From: Squalus acanthias
Taxonomy: Eukaryota
Length of the DNA: 64,000 bases
Direction: 5' to 3'
Assembly: GCA_030390025.1 (NCBI GenBank)
Contig: JASTWF010000499.1
Location: 62,001 to 126,000, forward strand
The notes under the pieces were generated by a model, which did no database searches, had not been told where the DNA came from, and saw nothing but the letters and a program-made list of their open reading frames with translations. Below, piece by piece: positions 21,337 to 34,604 of the stretch. Numbering within the stretch: the first letter of the stretch is position 1; every line of letters starts with the position of its first letter. Position numbers and translations under genes: made by a program.

Positions 21337-24300
21337 ATAAGGACACAAGAAATAGGAGCAGGAGTAGGCCAGTTGGCCCCTCGAGCCTGCTCCGCCATTC
21401 AATAAGATCATGGCTGATCTGATCCTAACCGCCAATCTACTATCACAGAACCATCTCCTGAACCTAACAGAATTGGACACACGAAATAGGAGCAGGATCA
21501 GGCTACATGGCCCCTGGGCCCGCTGCGCTACCCACAGGGCCATGACCAATCCAAACCTAGACTCATGTCCAAATTCCTGCCCGCTCCCCGTAACCCTTAA
21601 TTCCCTTTACTTCTAGGAAACTGTCTATTTCTGTTTTAAATTTATGTAATGATGTAGCTTCTACAGCTTTTTGGGGCAGCATATTCCATGGACCTACCAC
21701 CCTCTGAGTGAAGTAGTTCCTTCTCATCTCAGTTTTGAAAGAGCAGCCCCTTATTCTAAGACTATGCCCCCTAGTTCTAGTTTCACCCATCATCGGGAAC
21801 ATCCTCCCCGCATCCACCCGATCCAACCCCTTCACAATCTTATATGTTTCAATAAGATCGCCTTTCATTCTTCTGAACTCCAATGAGTAGAGTCCCAATC
21901 TACCCAACCTCTCCTCATATGTCCATCCCCTCATCCCCGGGATTAACCGAGTGAACCTTCTTTGTACTGACTCGAGAGCAAGTATGACTTTTCTTAAGTA
22001 TGGACACCAAAACTGTATGCCAGGTGCGGTCTCACCAATACCTTGTACAACTGAAGCAATACCTCCCTATTTTTATATTCTATCCCCCTAGCAATGAAAG
22101 CCAACATTCCATTGGCCTTCTTAATCACTTGCTGCACCTGCATACTAACCTTTTGAGTTTCGTGCACCAGGACCCCCAGATCCCTTTGTACTTCAGTACT
22201 TTCCAGTTTCTTGCCATTTAGATAATAACTTGCTCTACTATTTTTCCTGCCAAAGTGCATAACCTCACACTTTCCAGTATTGTATTCCATCTGCCAAATC
22301 TCTGCCCACTTACTTAGTCTGTCTATGTCCCCTTGCAGATTTTTTATGTCCTCCTCACTCACTACTTTCCCTCCCATCTTAGTATCATCTGCAAACTTTG
22401 ATATGTTACACTCGGTCCCCTCCTCCAAATCATTAATATAGATTGTAAAGAGTTGGGGACCCAGCACTGACCCCTGCGGAACACCACTAGTTACTGATTG
22501 CCAGTCTGAGAATGAACCATTTATCCCAACTCTCTGTCTTCTGTTAGATAGCCAATCCTCTATCCATGCCAGAATATTACCCCCAATCCCATGAATTTTT
22601 ATCTTAAGCAATAATCTTTTGTGTGGCACCTTGTCAAATGCCTTTTGGAAGTCTAAATACACCACATCCACTGGTTCCCCTTTATCCACCCTGTATGTTA
22701 CTTCCTCAAAGAACTCCAGCAAATTTGTCAAACATGACTTCCCCTTCATAAAACCATGCTGACTTTGTCCTATTAAATTATGATTATCCAAATGTCCCGT
22801 TACTGTCTCCATAATAATGGACCCCAAAATTTTACCCACCACAGATGTTAGGCTAAACGGTCTATAGTTTCCAGCCTTCTGTCTACTGCCCTTTTTAAAT
22901 AAGGGTGTTACATTAGCAGTTTTCCACTCTGCCGGGATCTTTGCTGAGTCCAGGGAGTTTTGGAAAATTATTACCAATGCATCCACAATCCCTACCGCCA
23001 CTTCCTTCAAAACCCTAGGATGTAAGCCATCAGGTCCAGGTGATTTATCCGCCTTGAGTCCCATTATTTTACCGAGTACCACTTCCTTAGTGATTCTGAT
23101 CGTGTTTAGCTCCTCCCCCCCCCCCCCCCCCCCTATAGCCCCGTTTGTCCAGTGTTGGGATATTCTTAGTGTCCTCTACTGTAAAGACTGATACAAAATA
23201 TTCATTCAGTGTATTTGCCATCTCCATATTTCCCACCATTAATTTCCCGGTCTCATCCTCTAAGGGACCAACATTTACTTCAGCTACCCTTTTTCTTTTT
23301 ATATAACTATAAAAACTCTTACTATCTGTTTTTATATTTTTTGCTAATTTACTTTCATAATCTATCTTCCCTTTCTTAATCAATCTTTTTGTTATTTTTT
23401 GCTGTCTTTTAAAGTTTTCCCAATCCTCTATCCTCCCACTAGATTTGGCTACCTTAATAGCCCTTGTTTTTAGTCGAATACTATCCTTAATTTCTTTACT
23501 TAGCCACGGATGACTGTCTTTTCTTTTACACCCTTTTCTTCTCAGTGGAATATTTTTTTTTTGGAAGTTGTAAAATAACGCCTTAAATGTACACCACTGA
23601 TCATGTATCGTCTTACCCTTTAGTCTATTTTCCCAATCCACTCTACTCAATTCCGCTCGCATACCTTCATAGTCTCCTTTATTCAAGCTTAGCACGCTTG
23701 TTTGAGATCCAACCTTCTCACCCTCTAATTGAATATGGAATTCAACCATGTTATGTCACTCATTCCAAGGGGATCCTTTACTAGGACATTTTAATTAATC
23801 CTGTCTCGTTACACAGGACCAGATCTAAGGTTGCTTGCCCCCTGGTCGGTTCAGTTACATACTGCTCAAGAAACCCATCCCTAATACACTCAATGAACTC
23901 ATCCTCAAGGCAGCCCTGCCCAATTTGATTTGTCCAATTAATATGATAGTTAAAATCCCCCATAATTATAGATGTTCCCTTATTACAAGCCACAACTATT
24001 TCCTGATTGATACTCCGTCCAACAGAGTTGCAACTGTTCGGAGGCCTATAGACTACACCCACTAGTGTTTTTTTCACCTTATTATTCCTTATCTCCACCC
24101 AAACTGTTTCATTATCCTGATCTTTTGACCCAATATCATTTCTCTGTATTACAGTGATTCCTTCCTTTATTAACATAGCCACCCCACCTCCCCTTCCTTC
24201 CTGCCTGTCCTTCCTGATCGTTAAATAACCTGGTATGTTTAATTCCCAGGCATTGTCACACTGCAGCAATGTTTCTGTAATGGCAACAAGATCATACCCA

Positions 24301-25720
24301 TATGTAGTTATTTGTGCCATTAACTCGTCTATTTTGTTACGAATGCTACGTGCATTCAGATAGAGAACTTTCAAATATGTTTTGTGACACTTAGTTCCTG
24401 TTTTTGCCCTTTTTATTACTTTACCTTTTACTCCATACCTTCTGCCCCTTCCTGACACACTCTGGTTTTTAATTTCCCCACTGCTACCTAAGTCTATGAC
24501 CTTCTCTGTTGTCATTTTTGTTATTTGCTCTCTAGGAAGTTCCCCCCCCCCACTAGTTAGTTTAAAGCCCTCCCTACAGCCCTAGTTATATGATCCGCCA
24601 GGACTCTAGTCCCAGCACTGGCCAAGTGAAGCCCGTCCCAACGGAACAACTCCCTCCTGCCCCAGTACTGGTGCCAGTGTCCCAGGAAGCAAAACCCATT
24701 TCTCCCACACCAGTCTTTGAGCCACTCATTTAACTCTCTAATTTTATTTGTCCTAGCCAAATTCGCTCGTGGCTCAGGTATTACCCTTGAGGTTCTGTTT
24801 TTTAACTTGACCCCTAGCTGCTCATACTCCTTTAACAGAACCGGCTTCCTTGTCCTATCTATGTCATTTGTACCAACATGGACCATGACAACTGGATCCA
24901 CCCCCTCCCACTGCAAGTTTCTTTCCAGCCCAGAGGAGATGTCCTTAACCCTGGCAGGCAACACAGCCTACGGGACTCTCGGTCTCGGCTGCAGAGAACT
25001 CTATCTATCCCCCTAATAATACTACCCCCTACCACTACAACATTTCTATTTACTCCCCCCTCTTGAATGGCCCCCCATTCCACAGTGCTGTGGCCAGGTT
25101 GCTCATCCTCCCTGCAGTCCCAGGGAGTAAGAACCTCGAACCTGTTGGACAAGAGCAAGGGCTGCGGCTCCTCCAACACTACCTCTGGATCCCCGTACCT
25201 GCCTCACTCGTAGTCACACCGTCCTGTCCCTGACCATGGGCTACATCTGAATTAATTAACTTCATAGGTGTGACCACCTCCTGAAACACAGAGTCCAGGT
25301 ACTTCTCCCCCTCCCTGATGTGTCGCAGTGTCTGAAGCTCAGACTCCAGCTCATCAACACGGAGCTGGAGTTCCTGTAGCAGCAGACACTTGTCACAGAT
25401 GTAATCACCGTGAGCCTCAATGGGGTCCACCGGCTCCCACATCTCGCAACAGTAACGCATCAACTGCTCCATTCTATGTAATTCATTACATTTTTTTATT
25501 GTTAGTTATGGACACTCTCTGCCCGATTATAGATACGAGTATCCCCTCTAAGTAATTGGATTTAAATTAAATCAATCCCTCTAAATTACACCAGTTAAAT
25601 GGTTTACCAACAGTCACCCTGCACCAGAAAGGCCTTATTAACTACAACCCACAGAGTTAAAGTTTGAAAAGAGCACCCTACACCCCACTCACCCGAACTC
25701 ACACTTACCCAAACTCAGCA
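21337..25720 (-). mobile_element. Near full-length CR1 LINE (5' UTR, ORF1 Zn-finger/coiled coil/SGNH esterase, ORF2 APE+RT), frameshifted, inserted in the 27-bp array
   Basis: ORF1 CCEMWE...CDKC...HVGTND...DGLHL; ORF2 YLNARSIRNK, ITET, GDFN, FADD. Confidence 0.95.
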
Positions 25721-26478
25721 CTCTGTTTATATTACACTAGACCCTGTCTCTGTTTATATTACATTAGGTCCTGTCTCTGTTTATATTACACTAGACCCTG
25801 TCTCTGTTTATATTACACTAGACCCTGTCTCTGTTTATATTACACTAGACCCTGTCTCTGTTTATATTACACTAGACCCTGTCTCTGTTTATATTACACT
25901 AGACCCTGTCTCTGTTTATATTACACTAGACCCTGTCTCTGTTTATATTACACTAGACCCTGTCTCTGTTTATATTACACTAGACCCTGTCTCTGTTTAT
26001 ATTACACTAGACCCTGTCTCTGTTTATATTACACTAGACTCTGTCTCTGTTTATATTACACTAGACCCTGTCTCTGTTTATATTACACTAGACTCTGTCT
26101 CTGTTTATATTACATTAGGTCCTGTCTCTGTTTATATTACACTGGACCCTGTCTCTGTTTATATTACACTCGACCCTGTCTCTGTTTATATTACACTAGT
26201 CCCTGTCTCTGTTTATATTACACTAGACCCTGTCTCAGTTTATATTACACTAGACCCTGTCTCTGTTCATATTACACTAGACCCTGTCTCTGTTTATATT
26301 ACACTAGACCCTGTCTCTCTTTATATTACACTAGACCCTGTCCCTGTTTATATTACACTAGATCCTGTCTCTCTTTATATTACACTAGACCCTGTCTCTG
26401 TTTATATTGCACTAGGCCCTGTCTCTCTTTATATTACACTAGACCCTGTCTCTGTTTATATTACACTAGACCCTGTCA
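25721..26478 (+). repeat. 27-bp minisatellite array
   Basis: About 28 units. Confidence 0.95.
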
Positions 26479-28224
26479 GACATATTACTGCTCTGGACAA
26501 TGCGCCTGTTAGATAGACAGACAGATGATAGATAGAGGGATAGATAGATATTGATATAAGTAAAGATATTTATTTGCGTCTGTGAGAGGATGCAACCATT
26601 GTTTTTACTTAGGAGCACGTTTATTCTTGTGAATAGCTGTCAGCAACTGCGTGTAATTTCTAATTGATCTGGTATTTTGTCGGTAATATTGTGTTGAAAG
26701 GATGGGGTGAATCTTGGAACAATCTCCCAGCGATGAACTGGGATTGAGGGACAGGACTAAAGGTGAGCAATCGTCCACTGAACTTTGCACCACTTAGTGG
26801 CAAACTCTGTGTGTTAAAGTTTACTAATTCACACTGGTGTTGTCCTGTGCCGATTGCTCACAGTTTTTAATGTTAAGGATTGTTTTTCCTGCAGTATTTT
26901 CTATTGAGCTTCCACGGGACCCGCTGATTGTGCGACAGAGCCTGGAACCGTGACCTCACAGCACCGCCGGATGGGCGGCCGCAGGGTCCTAATGTCCACC
27001 GAGTTCACTAACTCACATCTGGTTAAGAGGAACAACTGAAAAGATCACAGACAAAGTGTTTGCTTTAGATATGTATGATGTGTGTGTACAAACACATTTT
27101 TGTTAATGTTTGCAAGTGCATTCCACAAAAAAATTATTATGCTCACCAGTTATTGTTCTCCATTTTCTTTTCTTTTATTCAACATCTAATTGCCGATGGT
27201 TTAATATCTTTAACATTTGTTGATAACACATTCTCTGAGTGCTCTTGTTTAGAAAGTGATGTCACAATGACCAGTCCGTTACCATGGTGAGCCTGTCTGT
27301 CCGCAGTATTCAGTTGGGAAGGGAATGAAATCACACCGAGGATAATGAGCAGCTCCCCACCAGTCTCTGTGGTTTATTGTCCAGTGATCACCTCAGCATC
27401 ACACAGAATCTCCTGATAATTACCTCGAGTGTGTGATAATTGGTGCAAGTGATGGTAAAATGGAACTGTACCTATACCTGACATGAGGTTAATAAACCTG
27501 TAATTATCTCACTTATTATTACCCCGTTTGGAAAGGAATGTAACTCTTGCTACTCTCCAGAGAATTCCACACTATTTCTATTTCCACAATCTTCTATTTC
27601 TTGACAAATACCTTCACTGTTTCACCCCAACGTCTTCCAGTATTTTTGGGCACATACTACCAGGGCCTGCTGATTCCCCCATATTCAGGGCCTTTACCCT
27701 TTAAACGTGGAGATGCATTTTTTATTTCACCACTACAGGGAATGAGCAGAGTGTTTATCGCAAGCCTGGGATTTTACTTCCATTAGAGATATGAAATTGG
27801 CCATGGGGGTTGGGGGAATGTAAGAGGTGGAATCTCGTTCTCCGCCCGGTATCCAACATGCCCAATATTCAGAGCTATTGAAGTCTGTGGGGTGGAATAA
27901 TGGGCGGGGGCGTATCACGGGCGGTCGATGCCTCACCGCCTGTTCTGTGTCCCCGGCCCACCAGGTCTGATTTCAGGCCATTCTGATCAGGTGACATCGG
28001 GAATTCCGAGTGGCAGAGGGTCAGAGGTCACACTGACGTTGCTATGGCGACCAAGTGACACTGATGACTCTGCATTGTTTTGGTGATGACGTCACGAGGT
28101 GATTATGTGTTGCTCACGAGAAGTCAAAGTGGGAAAACTGTAATGCAGTATACAGGAACTTACACTGATACTAACATGTTGCTGGGGTAGTGGAGTCACA
28201 CTGTGCCGTCAAAAACTATCAGGT

Positions 28225-28825
28225 CAGGTACAACACAGGTTAGATACAGAGTAAAGCTCCCTCGACACTGTCCCATCAAACACTCCCAGGGCAGGTACAG
28301 CACAGGTTAGATACAGAGTAAAGCTCCCTCTACACTGTCCCATCAAACACTCCCAGGGCAGGTACAGCACAGGTTAGATACAGAGTAAAGCTCCCTCTAC
28401 ACTGTCCCATCAAACACTCCCAGGGCAGGTACAGCACAGGTTAGATACAGAGTAAAGCTCCCTCTACACTGTCCCATCAAACACTCGCAGGGCAGGTACT
28501 GCACGGGTTAGATGCAGAGTAAAGCTCTCTCTACATTATCCCATCAAACACTCCCAGGGCAGGTACAGCATGGGGTAGATACAGAGTAAAGCTCCCTCTA
28601 CACTGTCCCATCACACACTCGAAGGACAGGTACAGCACTGGTTAGATACAGAGTAAAGCTCCCTCTACACTGTCCCATCAAACACTCCCAGGGCAGGTAC
28701 AGCACGGGTTAGATACAGAGTAAAGCTCCCTCTACACTGTCCCATCAAACACTCCTAGGGCAGGTACAGCACGGGTTAGATACAGAGTGAAGCTCCCTCT
28801 ACACTGTCACATCAAACACTCGCAG
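28225..28825 (+). repeat. 67-bp satellite array, ~9 units
   Basis: Same unit as 11955-15515. Confidence 0.95.
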
Positions 28826-29691
28826 CTCATTTAATGCACGGGACACATTTTAGATTAAAGCTCCCCCTTCGCACTCCAATCCATTTGGTTCAAGGCCTAT
28901 AAATAGGGCTGAGGGAAAACCATTGTAACACATTAACATCTTGTTTTTAACATTCTTGAGAGGCAAGACAGAAGGTGGAAATAGGAGAGAGAGGCAGAGA
29001 GGGAGAGGATACAGGAAATCTCCACACACACCTTTGTGATGTCACTATGTACGGTGACTTGTGGGAATCTTTCCCCATTCTGAACATGGATATCATCTTT
29101 ACTTTATTCTCCTATAACTTAGAGAAATGTCTCAAAATCAATTGTTGCTGGAATCCGTTGAGACATTTGCATTTCTCTCTTTATTTCTGTTCTGTGTTGA
29201 TGGGGAAACATTTATTGTGTTTCTGTCGCTCAATACTCTAATCTGGGACTTCTATTTCTGTGTTTATTTACATAAACGCCTCACTGGTTTCCATGAAGTG
29301 TTCATGGCAGCAAAACCAGATCAACAAAGTCACTTATTGATTGGTTTCAGCTCACAACAAGGGTTTATTTTAAGAATATTGACAGTTGGTACAAAATGAG
29401 TAGAAATATCTCGAACAGTGACATTGGATTCAGTTTTGTTCGATTGGAACAGATGTAATTTATAACAAAGGAAAAAATATTAAAATTAATAATTCAGTTC
29501 TGAAAGTTCTGCTGCTGAAATCAATGGGACATCTGTGAACAGGCTGGTGATCCACTGGATGTCCATTTAGCGGAAGCTTCAACCCATTGAAACTAAACAA
29601 GTTAAAACAGTGAGCAGAGGAGTGTCCTACAATCGCAGTAATGTCTGAGCTTTTAACATATCGCAACTGGGATTTTAAAATGCTGACATTT

Positions 29692-30152
29692 AGAAAGAAC
29701 TTGCATTTATATAGCGCCTTTCACTGCCTCAGGACATCCCAAAGAGATTTACAGACAATGAAGAACTTTGGAAATATAGTCACTGTTGTAAAGTAGGAAA
29801 TGCTGCAGCCAATTTGTGCACAGCAAAATCCCACAAACAGCAAGGAGATCTTGACCAAAATATCTGTGTTTAGTGATTTTGGTTGAGGGATAAATATTAA
29901 CCAGGACACCAGGGCGAACTCCCCTGCTCTTCTTTAAAATAGTGCCACAGGATCTTTTATATTCACTTGATAAAGCAGACGGGGCCTGATTTAACATCTC
30001 ATCTGAAAGGTGGCTCCTCCGACAGTGCAGCACTCCCTCAGCACTGCACTGGGAGTGTCGGCCTAGATTATGGGCTCAGGTCTCTGGAGTGAGGTTTAGA
30101 ACTTATGACCTTCTGACTCTGAGGCGAGACTGATCCCACTGAGCCGAGGCTG
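29692..30152 (-). mobile_element. DeuSINE-like SINE (paralog of 16400-16858)
   Basis: Sequence nearly identical to the copy-A SINE. Confidence 0.75.
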
Positions 30153-30156
30153 TTAA

Positions 30157-31358
30157 CATAGAAACATAGAAGATAGGAGCAGGAGTAGGCCATTCGGCCC
30201 CTCGAGCCTGCTCCGCCATTTAATGAGATCATGGCTGATCATCCAAATTCAGTACCCTGTACCTGCCTTCTCTCCATATCCCTTGATCCCCTTAGCCTGA
30301 AGAAATATATCTATCTCCTTCTTGAATATATTTAATGAATTGGACTCAACTGCCTTCTGTGGTAGAGAATTCCACAGGTTCACCACTCTCTGGGTGAAGA
30401 AATTCCTCCTCATCTCAGTCCTAAATGGCTTACCCCTTATCCTTAGACTGTGACCCCTGGTTCTGGACTCCCCCGCCATCGGGAACATCCTTCCTGCATC
30501 TAGTCTGTCTAGTCCTGTAAGAATTTTATAAGTTTCAATGAGATCCCCTCTCATTCTTCTAAACTCCAGCGAGTATAAGCCCAATCGACCCAATCTCTCT
30601 TCATAAGACATTCCTGCCATCCCAGGTATCAGTCTGGTGAATCTTCGCTGCACTCCCTCCATGGCAACTACATCCTTCCTCAGATAAGGTGACCAAAACT
30701 GCACACAATACTCAAGGTGTGGTCTCACCAAGGCCCTGTACAACTGCAGCAAGACATCCTTGCTCCTGTACTCGAATCCTCTCGCTATGAAGGCCAACAT
30801 GCCATTTGCCTTCTTAACCGCCTGCTGCACCTGCATGCTTACCTTCAGCGACTGGTGCACAAGGACACCCAGGTCTCGTTGTACTTCCCCTTTTCCCAAT
30901 CTATTGCCATTCAGATAATAATCTGTCTTCCTGTTTTTGCCACCAAAGTGGATAACCTCGCATTTATCCACGTTATACTGCATCTGCCATGCATCTGCCC
31001 AATCACCCAACCTGTCCAAATCATACTGGAGTTTCTCTGCATCCTCCTCACAGCACACACGCCCACCCAGTTTTGTGTCATCTGCAAACTTGGAGATATT
31101 ACATCTAGTTCCCTCGTCCAGATCATTGATACATATTGTGAATAGCTGGGGTCCTAGCACCGATCCCTGCGGTACCCCACTAGTCACCGCCTGCCACTCG
31201 GAAAAAGACCCGTTTATTCCAACTCTTTGCTTCCTGTCTGTCAACCAGTTCTCTGTCCAAGTCAGTACCTTGCCCCCAATCCCATGTGCTTTAACTTTGC
31301 ACGCTAATCTCTTATGTGGGACCTTATCGAAAGCCTTCTGAAAGTCCAAATACACCAT
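30157..31358 (-). mobile_element. Young 5'-truncated CR1, present only in copy B
   Basis: Intact 369-aa RT C-terminal ORF 30249-31358; (TATGTTTC) tail; empty site at ~16860. Confidence 0.95.
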
Positions 31359-32089
31359 ATCACAGCATGTATTTTAAAATGTTGCCATTAAGCTCAGTGT
31401 ATCTAAAGTTCAGGGCCTGAGCCCAGTCTTACAACGATCCGTTTAATCAACAGGGCCTGGTTCTCTTATCTTGCCTGGGATGTTTTTCCCGCACTGTTGT
31501 AAAGGTGCACGGGATTCCGCAAAAGAACATCTGGAAGTGCCCGAGGCAGAAGGACTCACAGAACTTGAGTTTTACACTGCGTGAGGTTCACCGTCAGAGC
31601 AGCTGGAAGCTGGGATTGTTCTCCTTAGAGCCGAGAAGGTTAAGGGGAGATTTAATAGATCTGTTCAAATTCATGAGGGGTTTCGATAGAGTAAATAATG
31701 AGAAACTGTTTCCAATGGCTGAAGGGTCGATAACCGGAGGGCACAGATTTAAGGTGATTGGAGAATGAACCAGAGGCGATATGAGGAAAAACATCTTTAC
31801 ACAACGAGTGGTTAGGAATTGTAATGCACTGCCTGATAGGGTGGTGGATACAGATTCAATAGAAAAATTCAAAAAGAGAATTGGATAAATACTTGAAGGA
31901 GAAAATACTGCAGGGATATTGGTAAAGAGCCGGAGGGTGGGACTGACTGGATTGCTCTTTGAAAGAGCCGGCACAGAATCGATGGGCGGAATGGCCTCCT
32001 TCTGTGCTGTAACATTCTATGATTCTATGAAACTGTTTCCACTGGCAGGAGGGTCATTAACCAGAGGGCACAGATTTATCAGCTATTAC

Positions 32090-34590
32090 TGCACGAGACC
32101 CTGTCTCTGTTTATATTACACTAGACCCTGTCTCTGTTTATATTACACTAGACCCTGTCTCTGTTTATATTACACTAGACCCTGTCTCTGTTTATATTAC
32201 ACTAGACCCTGTCTCTGTTTATATTACACTAGACCCTGTCTCTGTTTATATTACACTAGACCCTGTCTCTGTTTATATTACACAAGACCCTGTCTCTGTT
32301 TATATTACACTAGACCCTGTCTCTGTTTATATTACACTAGACCCTGTCTCTGTTTATATTACACTAGACCCTGTCTCTGTTTATATTACACTAGACCCTG
32401 TCTCTGTTTATATTACACTAGACCCTGTCTCTGTTTATATTACACTAGACCCTGTCTCTGTTTATATTACACTAGACCCTGTCTCTGTTTATATTACACT
32501 AGACCCTGTCTCTGTTTATATTACACTAGACCTGTCTCTGTTTATATTACACTAGACCCTGTCTCTGTTTATATTACACTAGACCCTGTCTCTGTTTATA
32601 TTACACTAGACCCTGTCTCTGTTTATATTACACTAGACCCTGTCTCTGTTTATATTACACTAGACCCTGTCTCTGTTTATATTACACTAGACCCTGTCTC
32701 TGTTTATATTACACTAGACCCTGTCTCTGTTTATATTACACTAGACCCTGTAGCTGTTTATATTACACTAGACCCTGTCTCTGTTTATATTACACTAGAC
32801 CCTGTCTCTGTTTATATTACACTAGACCCTGTCTCTGTTTATATTACACGAGACCCTGTCTCTGTTTATAATACACTAGACCCTGTCTCTGTTTATATTA
32901 CACTAGACCCTGTCTCAGTTTATATTACACTAGACCCTGTCTCTGTTTATATTACACTAGACCCTGTCTCTGTTTATATTACACTAGGCCCTGTCTCTGT
33001 TTATATTACACTAGACCCTGTCTCTGTTTATATTACACTAGACCCTGTCTCTGTTTATATTACACTAGACCCTGTCTCTGTTTATGTTACACTAGACCCT
33101 GTCTCTGTTTATATTACACTAGACCCTGTCTCTGTTTATATTACACTAGACCCTGTCTCTGTTTATATTATACTAGAACCTGTCTCTATTTATATTAAAC
33201 TAGGCCCTGTCTCTGTTTATATTACACTAGACCCTGTCTCTGTTTATATTACACTAGACCCTGTCTCTGTTTATATTACACTAGACCCTGTCTCTGTTTA
33301 TATTACACTAGACCCTGTCTCTGTTTATATTACACTAGACCCTGTCTCTGTTTATATTACACTAGACCCTGTCTCTGTTTATATTACACTAGACCCTGTC
33401 TCTGTTTATATTACACTAGACCCTGTCTCTGATTATATTACACTAGACCCTGTCTCTGTTTATATTACACTAGACCCTGTCTCTGTTTATATTACACTAG
33501 ACCCTGTCTCTGTTTATATTACACTAGACCCTGTCTCTGTTTATATTACACTAGACCCTGTCTCTGTTTATATTACACTAGACCCTGTCTCTGTTTATAT
33601 TACACTAGACCCTGTCTCTGATTATATTACACTAGACCCTGTCTCTGTTTATATTACACTAGACCCTGTCTCTGTTTATATTACACTAGACCCTGTCTCT
33701 GTTTATATTACACTAGACCCTGTCTCTGTTTATATTACACTAGACCCTGTCTCTGTTTATATTACACTAGACCCTGTCTCTGTTTATATTACACTAGACC
33801 CTGTCTCTGTTTATATTACACTAGACCCTGTCTCTGTTTATATTACACTAGACCCTGTCTCTGTTTATATTACACTAGACCCTGTCTCTGTTTATATTAC
33901 ACTAGACCCTGTCTCTGTTTATATTACACTAGACCCTGTCTCTGTTTATATTACACTAGACCCTGTCTCTGTTTATATTACACTAGACCCTGTCTCTGTT
34001 TATATTACACTAGACCCTGTCTCTGTTTATATTACACTAGACCCTGTCTCTGTTTATATTACACTAGACCCTGTCTCTGTTTATATTACACTAGACCCTG
34101 TCTCTGTTTATATTACACTAGACCCTGTCTCTGTTTATATTACACTAGACCCTGTCTCTGTTTATATTACACTAGGCCCTGTCTCTCTTTATATTACACT
34201 AGACCCTGTCTCTGTTTATATTACACTAGACCCTGTCTCTGTTTATATTACACTAGACCCTGTCTCTGTTTATATTACACTAGACCCTGTCTCTGTTTAT
34301 GTTACACTAGACCCTGTCTCTGTTTATGTTACACTAGACCCTGTCTCTGTTTATATTACACTAGACCCTGTCTCTGTTTATATTACACTAGACCCTGTCT
34401 CCGTTTATATTACACTAGGCCTTTTCTCAGTTAATACTGCACTAGGGCATGTCTGAAATATATTACACCATACCCTGTCCCTGTTCTTACTGCACCGGAC
34501 CGTGGCTAAAATATTACTGAACTAGATACTTTCTCTATTTATTGTACAACAGACCCTGTCTCTGTTTATATTACTCAAGACCCTGTCTCT
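32090..34590 (+). repeat. Large homogeneous 27-bp minisatellite array (~85 units, degenerate end)
   Basis: Direct reading; source of the spurious 845-aa ORF. Confidence 0.97.
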
Positions 34591-34604
34591 CTTTGTTACC
34601 TTCC

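Larger units (their letters stand above)
26480..32090 (+). repeat. Segmental duplication unit, copy B
   Basis: Paralogous to 11305-19490 with indels. Confidence 0.9.

Noticed and set aside
27370-27480. GGTTTATTGT nonamer-like motif suggesting a J segment
   Set aside because: No heptamer at the correct distance and no FGXG-coding sequence
31919-34456. 845-aa ORF and similar ORFs at 25664 and 40471 with (YITLDPVSV)n or (LYYTRPCLC)n
   Set aside because: Artifact of a 27-bp repeat (a multiple of 3) lacking stops in two frames; the start lies in a CR1 fragment and the frame switches mid-array
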